Shown one piece after another: positions 36,914-49,749 of a DNA stretch of 64,000 nt (the first letter of the stretch is position 1; each line of letters begins with the position of its first letter). Position numbers and translations under genes: made by a program. Under the pieces are notes generated by a model. The model searched no databases. It was not told the DNA's origin and was given only the letters and a program-made list of their open reading frames with translations. Source of the DNA: Octopus sinensis (Eukaryota); the NCBI RefSeq assembly GCF_006345805.1, contig NC_042998.1, positions 32,178,001-32,242,000 on the forward strand. Reading direction: 5' to 3'.

Positions 36914-38151
36914 TAGTGGTTTCTTCTATTAACTAGGTTACATTATTAAGAATAGTTTTAAACACAATGAAAACATAAAAGCTAGAACTGTAAAACAAAT
37001 ATAAGAGATTCGTGGAGTCATTACCTTTGCTTTAGCTCACCTGAATGAAATATTACGCTGTATAATAGTAGAGACTACAAAGAACGCAGAAAAATCATTT
37101 TTGTATAATCTGTTGAGCACAACTTGTAGAAAGGCACGGCACGTGATAACACTTCTGTAATAATTTATCATTATATATACTTTGATGTTTATGACATGGA
37201 TTTCATACAGAAGTGAAATTGAATTTTATAAACTTATTTTTATTGCTCTTTTTTATTATTTATTTACGCATGATTTAATTGAGATCATCTCTAATTATGT
37301 ACAACATTTTCACATATTGATTTTAAGATTAATCTGAATGCAGAAACGTTCATTGTAAATTAAGCAAAGTGTAAAGGAAATTTAGAAGCAACTGAAAACT
37401 TGGATTGTGGATTGTGCAGCCGGTTTAACTTTGGTTCCCTAGGTGATATGGTTTATACTACAGTGAAATTAAGAGAGTGAAATGACTTGAAAGGAATTGC
37501 TGCCTTTGTTGTCAAGAAAAGAATTATCTTTCCATATAATGGAAATCTTATATGCGTATTTCTCTAAGACAGTAGAAAATAGGCAATAAAAGGAATTGCC
37601 GTGCAGCCACACAAAATAACATCTTGGTTATTTGTTATGAACTGGAGTGAAAGGTTACCCAGAATAAAGTTGAAGGAGCAGCTTCTCACTGCATCTCTGT
37701 CGAATGTGTAAAAGAATGGAATTGCGACGTACATGAACGGCAGAAGAAGTCTTTGAAGACATTGCAAAGTCGGGAATGAGATGTTTAGATGTAAATGTGC
37801 CTTTAGAAGGCTTTCCTTACAAAATGAAATATTGATGAGTACGTAATATGTCTAGAAAGGTATACGTTCATACATGTGTGTGTACATGTGTTTGTGTGTG
37901 TGTGTGTGTGTGAATATACCTATAGAACAATGTAAAGTTTATAAAATCAAAGGTGAGTACCAGTAAAATGTAAAATGAAAATGGCATGTCTTTCACCATT
38001 TCCAAAAATCGCAATACGAAGACGTTTCAAAACATTTTCACAATGTAAAAAAAAAAAAAAATAACAGAATTTAGGAAAAAAATTAAATTCAGTTGTTGGT
38101 CAGTTTATATAATTTATAGCGATATACAGGAGATAAAAATCATTGCAATAA

Positions 38152-38554
38152 TCTTTTCTACTCTTGAAACAAGGCTCGAAATTTTGGGCGAGGGCGCCAG
38201 TCGATTAGATCGACCTCAGTGCGCAACTGGTACTTAATTTATCCACCCCGAAAGGATTAAAGGCAAAGTCGACCTCGGCGGAACTTGAACTCAGAACGTA
38301 AAGACTGACGAAATACGTATTTCTATTTCTTTACTACCCACAAGGGGCTAAACGGAGAGAGGGCAAACAGGGACAGACAAACGGATTAAGTCGATTACAT
38401 CGACCCCAGTTCGTAACTGGTACTTGTCTAATCGACCCCGAAAGGATGAAAGGCAAAGTCAACCTCGGCGGAATTTGAACTCAGAACGTAACGGCGGACG
38501 AAATACCGATAAGCATTTCGCCCGGCGTGCTAAAGTTTCTGCCACCTTGCCGCC
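38152..38554 (-). mobile_element. SINE family 1 dimer (A + B)
   Basis: TSD aaaat(c/g)attgcaata. Confidence 0.88.
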
Positions 38555-40631
38555 TTAAAATGATTGCAATATTAATAACATTTGTTGGCTAGGTTAGTAA
38601 AGATGAAGATAGCATTGATCTTGGTGGCATTTCAATTGTACATTTTTCCTGTTGACTTATTGCATTCAGATTTCAGTTTGTCTTTGTGACCCAAATAATT
38701 ATAAGAAACAAAGACGGAATTTATCTTCATGTAAGGTTGATCTTGAAAACTTTTGTGTCTACAGTAGATGTAAATGGATTGTTTGATAACGATAAACAGC
38801 TTTACTATTTTTGGTCAGTGATTTAGAAGTTTAGATATACGAGAACAATACTTCGAAAGATCATTGTTAACGTTTCCGAGAAAACAATTTGTAGCAATTT
38901 TATTGGCAGAATAGTCAGTGAGATAATAAATCAATCTACTTCAAATTGTTCTATGACTTTAGTAGGAGCCATAAGGAAGAAGATAAACATTACTACAACA
39001 TCAGAAGGACTGGTTTGAAATGGAAGTGGAGTTTCGTATATTCCAATTGACATTGCAATAAAGTGAATTATAAAGGATTTCTATCTTGTTGCCACCACAA
39101 AGTAATAATTTTTCATTATATATTTTTAGTCTTCCTATTATTGCCGTTATCTGTTACGTTTATTGTTGGTGTGAATATATTTTCGCCGTATAATGGATAA
39201 AATATGTTCATACTAGCATTTATGTAGATAATAATGTTAAAGTATCAGTTCAATGATTGTTTTATGATTTTTTCCCATTGATATATAAAGTCCTCTTTTT
39301 GCTCTTTGATGTCGCAGTATAACGTCAAGCGTTTCTGTACTTTATTGCTTCAACCAGTTATAAAAGTACGATCCTCTGAACAACATGGCACGCTTCGCAT
39401 TTCCGACACTTCAATGCAACAAACCATATACGTCGTTCGTCTCTAGCTCGACACATCAGCTAACGCTTAGCTTTTCAAACATAACTTCAGCCATATCGAC
39501 ATCAATGAATCCTGTAATAATTTTCAAGGCCAACAAGATTAGGTTTAGCAGCCGACATATTTTACTGGGTCAAGAAATATTTCAGTTAGTTTCTTGTGTG
39601 CTTAATTTTCTATCACCTTTTTATGGAGAACTCACACAATTCTTTTTCTAACTGCATGAGTGCATGTTCTCACATATACATGGTTTTAAAATGCATATAT
39701 TTTGCACATATGTAGAAAACACGTCTATGGATAGATATTGTAAATATATGTCTATAAGTCGAGCAACATTTACTAGGCACTCAAAGCAAAGGGAAAATGC
39801 CTACTTCAAAGAACCCTGTCATTCCAACAGTTTTATGCAAAATTCCAAATGAAAGACTTGAGATGCACCTGTTCCAGTTAGCTCTAACGCCACATACTTG
39901 TTTTCCTTCAGAAGCCAATACTTTTTCTTCTGTAATGTTATTGAGCCTGAGCAGAGTATTGTCATACAATATATTACGGGACACAGTTATTGCTCCTCTA
40001 TATGCACATTTAGTAGAAACTCATTACTGTCACTGAGCAGTTCTCTTGAGCATGTCTAATGTTCTTAGCTTCTTGTTTTGATTGATACCTTCTTAATACA
40101 GACTTTTTTCATCCAAGTTAGTCAACAAATATAAGATAACTGTCCAGAGCCGCTCCAAACCGACAGAAATAGCGGCCAAATTTCCCTCTAATCAAAATAT
40201 AACACCGTAGAAAGGGTACAATATAGTTATATACACAGATTCCGAAAAGATGGAATGGTCAAGTCTGGGATAGTTTTGAAGGTAAGTCTGTTTCCTTAAA
40301 ATTTTTTGGAGTTTACAACAACAAAATGACAACAATACAAGTTCACACTTAATATTTTGCTTTCTATAAATCACATAACAAACTTGAATTCTGTACATAT
40401 AGGTTAATCTGTATATTCGATCTACACTCTGTTCGCACATTGCTTCTAATCCTTTAGACACCATCTTAACCGAACTAATTGTTATCTAGCCATGAGAGGG
40501 CTTCTTCTAAGCGTTCTTCGATTTACTAGAAAATATTTCCTTCAAACCACATTCTACTGTTTTAAAAGAGCATGACACACACACAAACAAAGACTGCACA
40601 TACATATATTCATGTATGTATATGTGTATAT

Positions 40632-40847
40632 ACTCTTTTACTCTTTTACTTGTTTCAGTCATTTGACTGCGGCCATGCTGGAGCACCGCCTTTAGTCCAG
40701 CAAATCGACCCCGAGACTTATTCTTTGTAAGCCCAGTACTTATTCTATCGGTCTCTTTTGCCGAACCGCTAAGTGACGGGGACGTAAACACACCAGCACC
40801 GGTTGTCAAGCAATGCTAGGGGGACAAACACAGACACACAAACACAT

Positions 40848-40878
<31 letters not shown>

Positions 40879-41040
40879 CATATATAGGGCAGGCTTCTTT
40901 CAGTTTCCGTCTACCAAATCCACTCACAAGGCTTTGGTCGGCCCGGGACTATAGCAGAAGACACTTGCCCAAGATGCCACGCAGTGGGACTGAACCCGGA
41001 ACCATGTGGTTGGTTAGCAAGCTACTTACCACACAGCCAC
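40632..41040 (-). mobile_element. tRNA-derived SINE family 2 with LINE-like 3' tail
   Basis: Head gtggctgtgtggtaagtagcttgc..ggttcagtcc. Tail ggcggtgctccagcatggccgcagtcaaatgactgaaac+(aaaagagt)n. 3' fragment also at 45553-45770. Confidence 0.88.
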
Positions 41041-41178
41041 ATAAACATAAATTTAAATATATATATTTATATACACACACATACACACACACACAAATAT
41101 AGGGATATAAGCATATATACATACATACGTTAATACATACACACACACACACACCACACACACACACACACACATATT

Positions 41179-41409
41179 TATTTCTTTATTGCCCACAGAC
41201 GGCTAAACATAGAAGGGACAAACAAGGACAGACAAAGGAATGAAGTCGATTACATCGACCCCAGTGCGTAACTGGTACTTAGTTAATCGACCCCGAAAGG
41301 ATGAAAGGCAAAGTCGACCCCATCGGAGGTTGAACTCAGAACGTAACGGCAGACGAAATGCCGCTAAGCATTAGGCCCGACGTGCTAACGATTCTGCCAG
41401 CTCGCCGCC
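41179..41409 (-). mobile_element. SINE family 1 monomer
   Basis: Head, core and tail A. Confidence 0.85.
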
Positions 41410-41449
41410 CTGACACACCCACCCTCTCACACACGCGCACGCAAATATA

Positions 41450-41785
41450 GGCGCATGGCTCGGTCGTTAGAGTGTCGGACTCACAATCATGAGGTTTGTG
41501 AGTTCGATTCCTGGACCAGGCAGTGTGTTGTATTCTTAAGCAAGACACTTTATCTCATGTTGCTCCAGTTCACTCATTGTAGAAATGAGTTGTAACGTCA
41601 CTGGTACCCAGCTCTATCGGCATTTGCCTTTGCCTTTGATAACATCAGTGGCATGGAGAAGGGAGGTTGGTATGCATGGGCGACTGGTGGTGTTCCATAA
41701 ACAACCTTGCCCGGACTTGTGCCTCGGAGAAGAAATTTCTAGGTGCATTTCATGATCATACATGACCGAAAAGGTTCTTTACCCT
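41450..41785 (+). mobile_element. tRNA-derived SINE family 4
   Basis: ggcgcatggctcggtcgttag..gagttcgattcc head. Related copy at 57680-58010 (minus). Confidence 0.75.
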
Positions 41786-41846
41786 TTGTATACACACGCA
41801 CACACAAACACAAACACACACATACTCATATGGTCATATATCAGGA

Positions 41847-42235
41847 CTAGCAGTATCGCCCGGTGTTGCTCGGGTTTGTAAGGGAAATAACTATAAAGCA
41901 TTTTTAGAGAGTTATAGCCAAAAAATAGCAAAAAATGCATTAAAAATGGAAAAGGAATTATGTTTTTTTTTTTTAAATCGTTGACTCATCGTAGACATTT
42001 TTAGAGAGTTACTTCCCTTTATTTAAAAAATATGCATTAAAATGGAAAAAATGATGGTAAATTATTTTAAAAATCGTAGACTCATCGTAGACGCGCGCTA
42101 ATACCCAGAAGGGCTCGATATGAATCACGACTATAAGATACCCGGTTTTGGTTAAACTGCATCGCAAAATGTGGGAGTAGTTAGGAATCTAAATCGGAGT
42201 AGACAGACACACAACCTTTCTTTTATATATAAAGA
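41847..42235 (-). mobile_element. Non-autonomous Helitron
   Basis: Minus: A|TC… hairpin cccgagcaacaccggg … CTAG|T. Has an internal duplication relative to the 15633 copy. Confidence 0.85.
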
Positions 42236-43192
42236 TATCAAGCGATTCTGCTTATAGGTTTGTTCATTTGTGTTTGAACTCGACTTAAACAGCCAGAAGC
42301 TTCCTCTACAATGGGGAAATTTTCTTGAGCCTTTAGCTGAGAGAGCTATTTCAGAGTCAGGTAAGAAAGTAAGTTCTGTTCAAATATCGAAGTAAAATAA
42401 AATAAAGTGAAAGCTGAAACGAAATGACAAAGTCAAAGAAGTGATTCAACTTTGCGTATAATAAAAAATAAAATTAATGTTCACCCAATCCAGAACTGTG
42501 TTAAAGTGAAATCGTGCGTCGAGCAAACCGAGTGAAAGTTTTATAATAGTACAATACACAAAAATAATAATTTTTATATTGAAACACGCAAATTACTCGA
42601 GAGAAACTACCAGAAATAATTCTTTAGGGAGGTGACATTAAGTCTTATAGTTTGCAAAAACGGCAATAAAGAGGTTTAGCTAATGAAAAATTTCTTAGCA
42701 GCAATACCATGAATATTCCCATGGGGAATTATTTCTTCCTCTAGAATTCCATTCATTATTTTCTTTGGGTTATCTGCGGTCAGTCTGAAGTAATTAAGCA
42801 ATTAGGTAATAATGGAAATTATTTATTTCTTAGTTAATATCCGTATTATCATTTTATTCTAATGCATCACATAATTTGTATTAATGCGGGTGTTTTATAT
42901 ATTTTAATTGCAATCAGATTTTTCGGATTTTGCCAATGTTCTGAATATGAAACTAGGCCAAATTCTGTTCCGTTTCTCTTCTATGAGTTTAGTGTTTTTT
43001 TTTTTTTGTTTATTAATTTGTATTCAGCAATCAATATACTAGACGGAATCCCTCTAGGCTCTACATCAACTAAAATAATTAGCTGGAAAAAATCCAATCA
43101 AGGGCACTGTTTTGTATGCCCCTATTCAACATAATATCTCTTTTTAGTCTTCTATTTTTACATAATTGATTCACTTTGTGTGTGTGTGTGTT

Positions 43193-43233
<41 letters not shown>

Positions 43234-43280
43234 AATATTCTTCTCTTTGATCAATCACTTTTAAAACATCACTAGTTTGT

Positions 43281-43448
43281 ACACTTCTATATTTAAAAGA
43301 TGAGGAATTATGTACATTATTTACATTACTTACAATTGATGGATATTTGCCCTCACCTTGTTTGCTGTTAACACAACGTTTCGGCTGATATACCCTCCAT
43401 CAAGAGTCTTGGGGAAATTTCGAACCTGGGTTCGATTCCAAGCAGTGA

Positions 43449-43495
<47 letters not shown>

Positions 43496-43855
43496 GGGTC
43501 CCACCTGCAAGGTCATGTGCTGTTTATCTTGATATGAGATCACCATGCCGTGCACATATGGTTGTGATGCATATGCCTGATGTACCCTTATCAGACGTGT
43601 AGTCATGATGGGTATACTGGGCTTTGTATATTTTACCCCAGTTTCATTTTGATGTCATGCACTGCTCTCTCGATAATAATAACATTGAAACATACCTTAG
43701 GAATGAGAACCCAGGTTCTAAACTTCCCCCAAGACACCTGATGAAGGCTTGGAGGGTATATCAGCCGAAACGTTGTATTAACAACAAACAAGATGAGGAC
43801 AATTATCCGTCAAATGTAAATAATGTACATTATTCCTCATCTCTTGAATATAGAA

Positions 43856-43892
<37 letters not shown>

Positions 43893-44205
43893 TGTATTAG
43901 ACATTCACTAGTACAACACAAAAAAAACCCAAATATATGGCACAGAACTTCCAACCTGTTGTCTCTTGAGGTCTCTGGGTGAGACTTGGAGCCAACTTGT
44001 ACAGACATAAAGCAAAAGTCAAACAATGAATAATAATAATAATAATAACAACAACATCGTAAGATACCTTAGGAATGAGAACACAGGTTCGAAATTTCTC
44101 CAAGATACCTGATGAAGGCTGGAGGGTATATCGACTGAAACATTGTGTTAACAACAAACAAGATGAGGACAAATATCTGTCAAATGTAAATAATGTAAAT
44201 AATGT
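43281..44205. mobile_element. Composite PLE-type cassette (inverted pLTR, two direct HHR pLTRs, (TAA)n-flanked inserts) with 13-bp TSD
   Basis: TSD ATCACTAGTTTGT at 43268-43280 and 44206-44218. CTGATGA cores at 43738 and 44109. Same family as 10548-10889. Confidence 0.85.
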
Positions 44206-44349
44206 ATCACTAGTTTGTGTAAAAGTAAAATATGAAATTTTACAATACGTAAACAATTTTAGCAATTTTCGTAAAGCATCTTCTCGAATATACTTATCTC
44301 TTCCTTTGGATTTTCAAAATAATCAATGGAATTAAGCTTTAATTTAGCT

Positions 44350-44760
44350 GTCACTGTGACCATAAATCTAATTTATTATACAAATGTGTAGCCAATAGTT
44401 ATATCAAACTTTAGGTCGTTATCAATGAACTGAAATTTTTTATACAGCCACTATAGAGTGGTGCATGTGCGATGCTTCAGAAAGAAAGCTAAAAATAGTC
44501 TTAAGAAAGATATTCTTTTTTAAATATTATAATTGATTGGAACAAACGGCAGTTTGGTTTATGAACAAGCAGGTGTTGTAAAAGTTTGCTTAAAATCAGT
44601 TTGGCAAGATTTAAATTCATGAAAAATGCCCTTTGGTGAAAGTGACATTGATGAATGTGTAGGAAGAGAGGTTGTAAGAACTGAATATTGTGTACAAACT
44701 GCCAACAGTGGAACTACAAAAGGTAATTAATATTGTTGCTGCACCAGATGTTTTTGTTTC
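44350..44760 (+). mobile_element. Possible decayed pogo/Tigger transposase C-terminus
   Basis: Faint motifs (NLL.…VISNF; FLKY; GVVKVCLKSVWQ). Heavily disrupted. Confidence 0.3.
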
Positions 44761-44855
44761 GCAGAGAGTACGAAAACGACGGAAGAACAACATGTCTATC
44801 ACTTTCTAGCTGACTACTTTACTCATTGTATTACATACACAGCAGCCAATACTAT

Positions 44856-44888
<33 letters not shown>

Positions 44889-44889
44889 A

Positions 44890-45487
44890 GGCGGCGAGCT
44901 GGCAGAAACGTTAGCACGCCGGGCGAAATGCTTAGCGGTATTTCGTCTGCGTTACGTTGTGAGTTCAAATTCCGCCGAGGTCGACTTTGCCTTTCATCCT
45001 TTCGGGGTCGATAAATTAAGTACCAGTTACGCACTGGGGTCGATGTAATCGACTTAATACCTATGTCTGTCCTTGTTTGTCCCCTCTGTGTTTAGCCCCT
45101 TGTGGGTAATAAAGAAATAGGTATTTCGTCTGCCGTTACGTTGTGAGTTCAAATTCCGCCGAGGTTGACTTTGCCTTTCATCCTTTCGGGGTCGATAAAT
45201 TAAGTACCAGTTCCGCACTGGGGTCGATGTAATTGACTTAATACCTATGTCTGTCCTTGTTTGTCCCCTCTAAGTTTAGCCCCTTGTGGGTAATAAAGAA
45301 ATATGTATTTCGTCTGCCGCTACGATCTGAGTTCAAATTCCGCCGAGGTCAACTTTGCTTTTCATCCTTTCGGGGTCGATAAATTAAGTACCAGTTTCGC
45401 ACTGGGGTCGATGTAATCGACTTAATCCGTTTGTCTGTCCTTGTTTGTCCCTTCTATGTTTGGCCCCTTGTGGGCAATAAAGAAATA
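44890..45487 (+). mobile_element. SINE family 1 trimer in a (CT)n tract
   Basis: One head plus three tail-A units. Confidence 0.9.
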
Positions 45488-45490
45488 TAT

Positions 45491-45538
<48 letters not shown>

Positions 45539-45786
45539 CCTGCATGTCTATATTCTTTTATTCTTTTACTTGTTTCAGTCATTTGACTGCGGTCAGCTGG
45601 AGCACAGCCTTACGAGTTTTAGTCGAACAAATCGACCCCAGGACTTATTTTGTTAAAGCCTAGTACTTATTCTATCGGCCCCTTTTTGCCTAACCGACAA
45701 ATTACGGGGACGTAGACACACCAACACCGGTTGTCAAGCGATGATAGGGGACAAGCACAGACAAAAGACACACATATATAGATATA

Positions 45787-46097
45787 TCACCGTGATCACC
45801 GTGACCGACCAGGCTATCAGATGTTGCTACACATCGCTGGTCACAATGTGCTTCGCATTGTTTTAGCCGTCAAATGACGCTACCCCGCTGGCTGAGCGAG
45901 CAGGCCAACAGAAGAAAGGGTGAGAGAATGTTGTGGTGAAAGAGTACAACAGTGATCGCCACCACACCCTGCCGGAGCCTCGTGGAGCTTTTTAAGTGCT
46001 TTCGCTCAATAAACACTCACAATGCCCAGTCTGAGAATCGAAACCGCGATCCTGCGACTGCGAGTTCGCTGCCCTAACAACTGGGCCATTGTGCCTC

Positions 46098-46098
<1 letters not shown>
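45787..46098 (-). mobile_element. tRNA-derived SINE family 5
   Basis: Minus head ggaggcacaatggcccagttgttagggcagcg..ggtttcgattctc. Confidence 0.7.
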
Positions 46099-46136
<38 letters not shown>

Positions 46137-46137
46137 T

Positions 46138-46177
<40 letters not shown>

Positions 46178-46178
<1 letters not shown>

Positions 46179-46380
46179 GACCTCGTGTGTACCGTTGGCG
46201 ATTTTTTTTCCTCTGTCTTCCCTTCTCTGGATCTTTCCTTCTCCTATGTTTCCGACGAAGAGCTCCGCTCGAAACGTTAAACCCTCCTTCTTTCCTTCTT
46301 TCCTGAGCGTCCAATAATATTATATTTGTTCCACGTCCTCGAGTTGTTGTGTTTTTTGTGCTTTCTTGTTTGGATTAACT
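46178..46380 (+). mobile_element. Solo copy of the CCGACGA-HHR repeat between (TA)n tracts
   Basis: HHR at 46249-46281 with 4-bp stem II gagc/gctc. Matches 7836-8045. Confidence 0.8.
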
Positions 46381-47080
46381 TTATATATATATATATATAT
46401 ATATATTAGTGCATCGTAGAACTCCTGCAGCTTGTTTTCATCCAAGTATATCTTCTGCAATTTATAGTTCTACCATTCAATTTGGTGTGTTCGAAACTTC
46501 TGTTAAAATTGTAACCGAGGTTAAATACATCCTTGTAGAAAACTACCTGATAAAGGACTCTCTCCGTGACAATTATGTACTTATTTTTTTATCCGTCAGA
46601 AAGATATGGTTTATGGATTTCTTAAACAACTTTTGATTTTAATTTGTTGATAGTATGAATGTATCTAATATTATTTTTAAATATTTATTTTTACTGGCAG
46701 AGTCTTGTCCGACATTCTAAATATTTCAATCATCATTTAGCTTAGTTGAAGTTTAGGAAAATAAAAATTTTACTATTTGCTAGCTTTGACGAGCTGTCTT
46801 TCGCTTGCCTTGATAATAGTATACTTAGTGTCATATTTAGTTTGCGTCAACAAACTGGGGATGAACAGAAATACGAATATTTAAACGTAATATATATGGC
46901 GTCATCCGCCCAGTATTCAATCCACGTATAGCAGGGGCAATTAAAACAAGCTATTAATATCATTACCGAATAATAAGCCTTAGATTCAGAATACCTCCGT
47001 AAGGTTTTGTATACATCTTCCGCGGAGGTCGACTTCGCCTTTCATCCATTCAGCGTCGATATGATAAGTGCTGGTTGAAC

Positions 47081-47861
47081 ATTTCTTTATTGCCCACAAG
47101 GGGCTAAACATAGAGGGGACAAACAAGGACAGACAAACGGATTAAGTCGATTACATCGACCCCAGTGCGTAACTGATACTTTATTTATCGACGCCGAAAG
47201 GATGGAAGGCAAAGTCGACTTCGGCGGAGTTTGAACTCAGAATGTAGCGGCAGACGAAATACCTATTTCTATTTCTTTACTCCCTACAAGGGGCTAAACA
47301 CAGAGAGGACAAACAAGGAGAGACAAACGGATTAAGTCGATTAAATCGACCTCAGTGCGTAACTGGTACTTAATTTATCGACCTCGAAAGGATGGAAGGC
47401 AAAGTCGACCTCGGCGGAATTTGAACCCAGAACGTAACGGCAGACGAAATACCTATTTCTTTACTGCCCACAAGGGGCTAAACACAGAGGGGACGAACAA
47501 GGACAGACAAACGGATTAAGTCGATTACAGGGACTCCAGTGCGTAACTGGTACTTATTTAATCGACCCGAAAGGATGAAAGGCAAAGTCGACCTCAGCGG
47601 AATTAGAACTCAGAACGTAGCGGCAGACGAAATACCTATTTCTTTACTACCCACAAGGGGCTAAACACAGAGAGGACAAACAATGACAGACAAACGGATT
47701 AAGTCGATTATATCGAGCCCAGTGCGTAACTGGTACTTAATTTATCGACCTCAAAAGGATGAAAGTCGACCTCGGCGGAATTTGAACTCAGAACGTAACA
47801 GCAGACCAAATACGGCTACGCATTTCGCCCGGCGTGCTAACGTTTCTGCCAGCTCACCGCC
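47081..47861 (-). mobile_element. SINE family 1 tetramer
   Basis: One head at the 47861 end, four tail-A units. Confidence 0.9.
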
Positions 47862-48498
47862 TTAATAAACCTCCAGAATAATGTGTTTACTCTGCATTAC
47901 ATAGCTGGGTAACCGACTTTTCTTTGTGCAGATTGCGCCATAGAGACTTTCAGTCAGTATCATGAGCCTGGGCTGGTTACATGTCTTCCATTTCCGCGTG
48001 CTTTATAGACAGAAAAGTAGAAACCTGCTACAAACAGTTGTTTGAGGTAATGAATAAGATGTGATAGCTTCAACAGCAACTGTTTTTGTATCAAGAGGAA
48101 TTCCAGTCGCAAAGGTTCTGCATGCTGGTTCGAGTGAGCAGTCAGACACTTTACATTCTTAATCTGACTTGAGTCATCATTTTGTGTCGGAGCAGTGCTA
48201 TGAACCAGTGCAACTGGCTCACCTTTTGCTACAACCACTAAATGGAATTTTTCTGTCACCAGCAATGCTGTTACGTCACTCATACTCTGAAAGTTCTTTT
48301 TCTGCAACTCTCAAAACAGACCACCGGTTCCAGCAAAAACGATGCATCTAATGGGTTCTAATCTTAGGAATTGATGGTTTTATACTCCCGTATCTTTTAT
48401 GTTTGCACCAAGTTTCTTTTGCGTTTGAGTATCTCAAAGAAAAGTTGTTTTTTTAAGTAATACGTTGGATTTTGCACGAAGATAGAGTATGAAAAGCA

Positions 48499-48722
48499 TT
48501 TAACCACCTTTTGTATACTTGCTACTTGCATTCTGTAATCATCGACATGTGAAGATCTTCGAATCGTTTCACATCCCCCTTGTCGAATTCATTTTGATGC
48601 TATTTAACCACCTTTTGTATTTAACCACCTTTGTATACTTGCTACTTGGATTCTGTAATCATCGACATGTGAAGATCTTCGAATCGTTTCACATCCCCCT
48701 TGTCGAATTTATTTTGATGCTA
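48499..48722. repeat. About 104-bp tandem duplication with a 17-bp partial third start
   Basis: 48499-48602, 48603-48619 and 48620-48722. Confidence 0.9.
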
Positions 48723-49749
48723 ACACGGAGGGATAAAACTAGTGGTAAGACAACCATCATCCTCGATTACCAATCTTGCTGTCTATTTGAGACACGCGAT
48801 CAGCATTCTTGGCACTGGTTCTGTAGCCAAGTTCCATAAGGTAAACTAAGATCTGTCGCTAACAGCAATAATCAAATCAACAACGAATTGACGTGTCACT
48901 CGTGTAATCACCGATGTGGCTTTAGGATTATCCTGGGTGGTCATAAGAGTGTGATAGGGACACGTCATTATTTGCCACGATGGGCTACCCGAAGGTAGAT
49001 ATCTGGGGCTTGGAAGAGGTAATCTACATAGGGGCAAGACTGTGTGAGTTGAAGATTATTGTAGCCATAAACTCTGCCACTTTCACATTCAATTGGCTTT
49101 TCATTTTTAATTATTTTGTTTCCTTGTGTAGATTACCTTTTTATGATTAATATTTCCTTGAAAAGCTTCTTAAACCTTTCAGATTTGTATGTTGCCACTT
49201 CACCTATAAAATTGAGGTATTATGTCAAAGTTAATTAAAAGAAATTGGACTAATTCACTTCTTAATTTCACCAACATACACTCCTTTAATGTTTGTTGCT
49301 ATACAGAGGCATATATATATAAAAGTTAAACGTTAATGTATATAGCAAGCTTGCGGGGTCAGAAAGGATGGAGCTGGATTTAACGTTTTGCACTTGGTTT
49401 GAAGATTAATGGGGAAATGTGCATCCTTCAAGCTGCGTCAGAAGTTTTAGTGATTTAATTATGTCCTGTGATTAATAAAAATATAGCAAAACAACATTTG
49501 TCAAAATGAGTTGCAAGACAAAATGAAGACCCCCGCCTCCCAGAGCTGTAAATTCTGTTTTACAATGCTTTTTCTATCCTGAAAACTGAACGGAGTTTTA
49601 CTGTATAAAAATAAGTGGAAAGAAAAATGAATACAAATGAATTATTACATATGAAACATTAATTACAGAGGGGAAATGTATAAAAATGAATCATAAAAGA
49701 GAAACAATGTATGTAAAATTATATTGGTTTCACGAGATGAGTAATAAGG

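Noticed and set aside
44626-44730. DIDEC motif followed by GTAATT, suggesting an EGF exon
   Set aside because: Cysteine spacing does not fit EGF, there is an in-frame stop just upstream, and it lies in a probable transposase remnant.
47960-48400. 115-aa ORF or hAT dimerisation remnant
   Set aside because: Only faint motif resemblance, with multiple stops in the candidate frame. Cannot be supported without a search.
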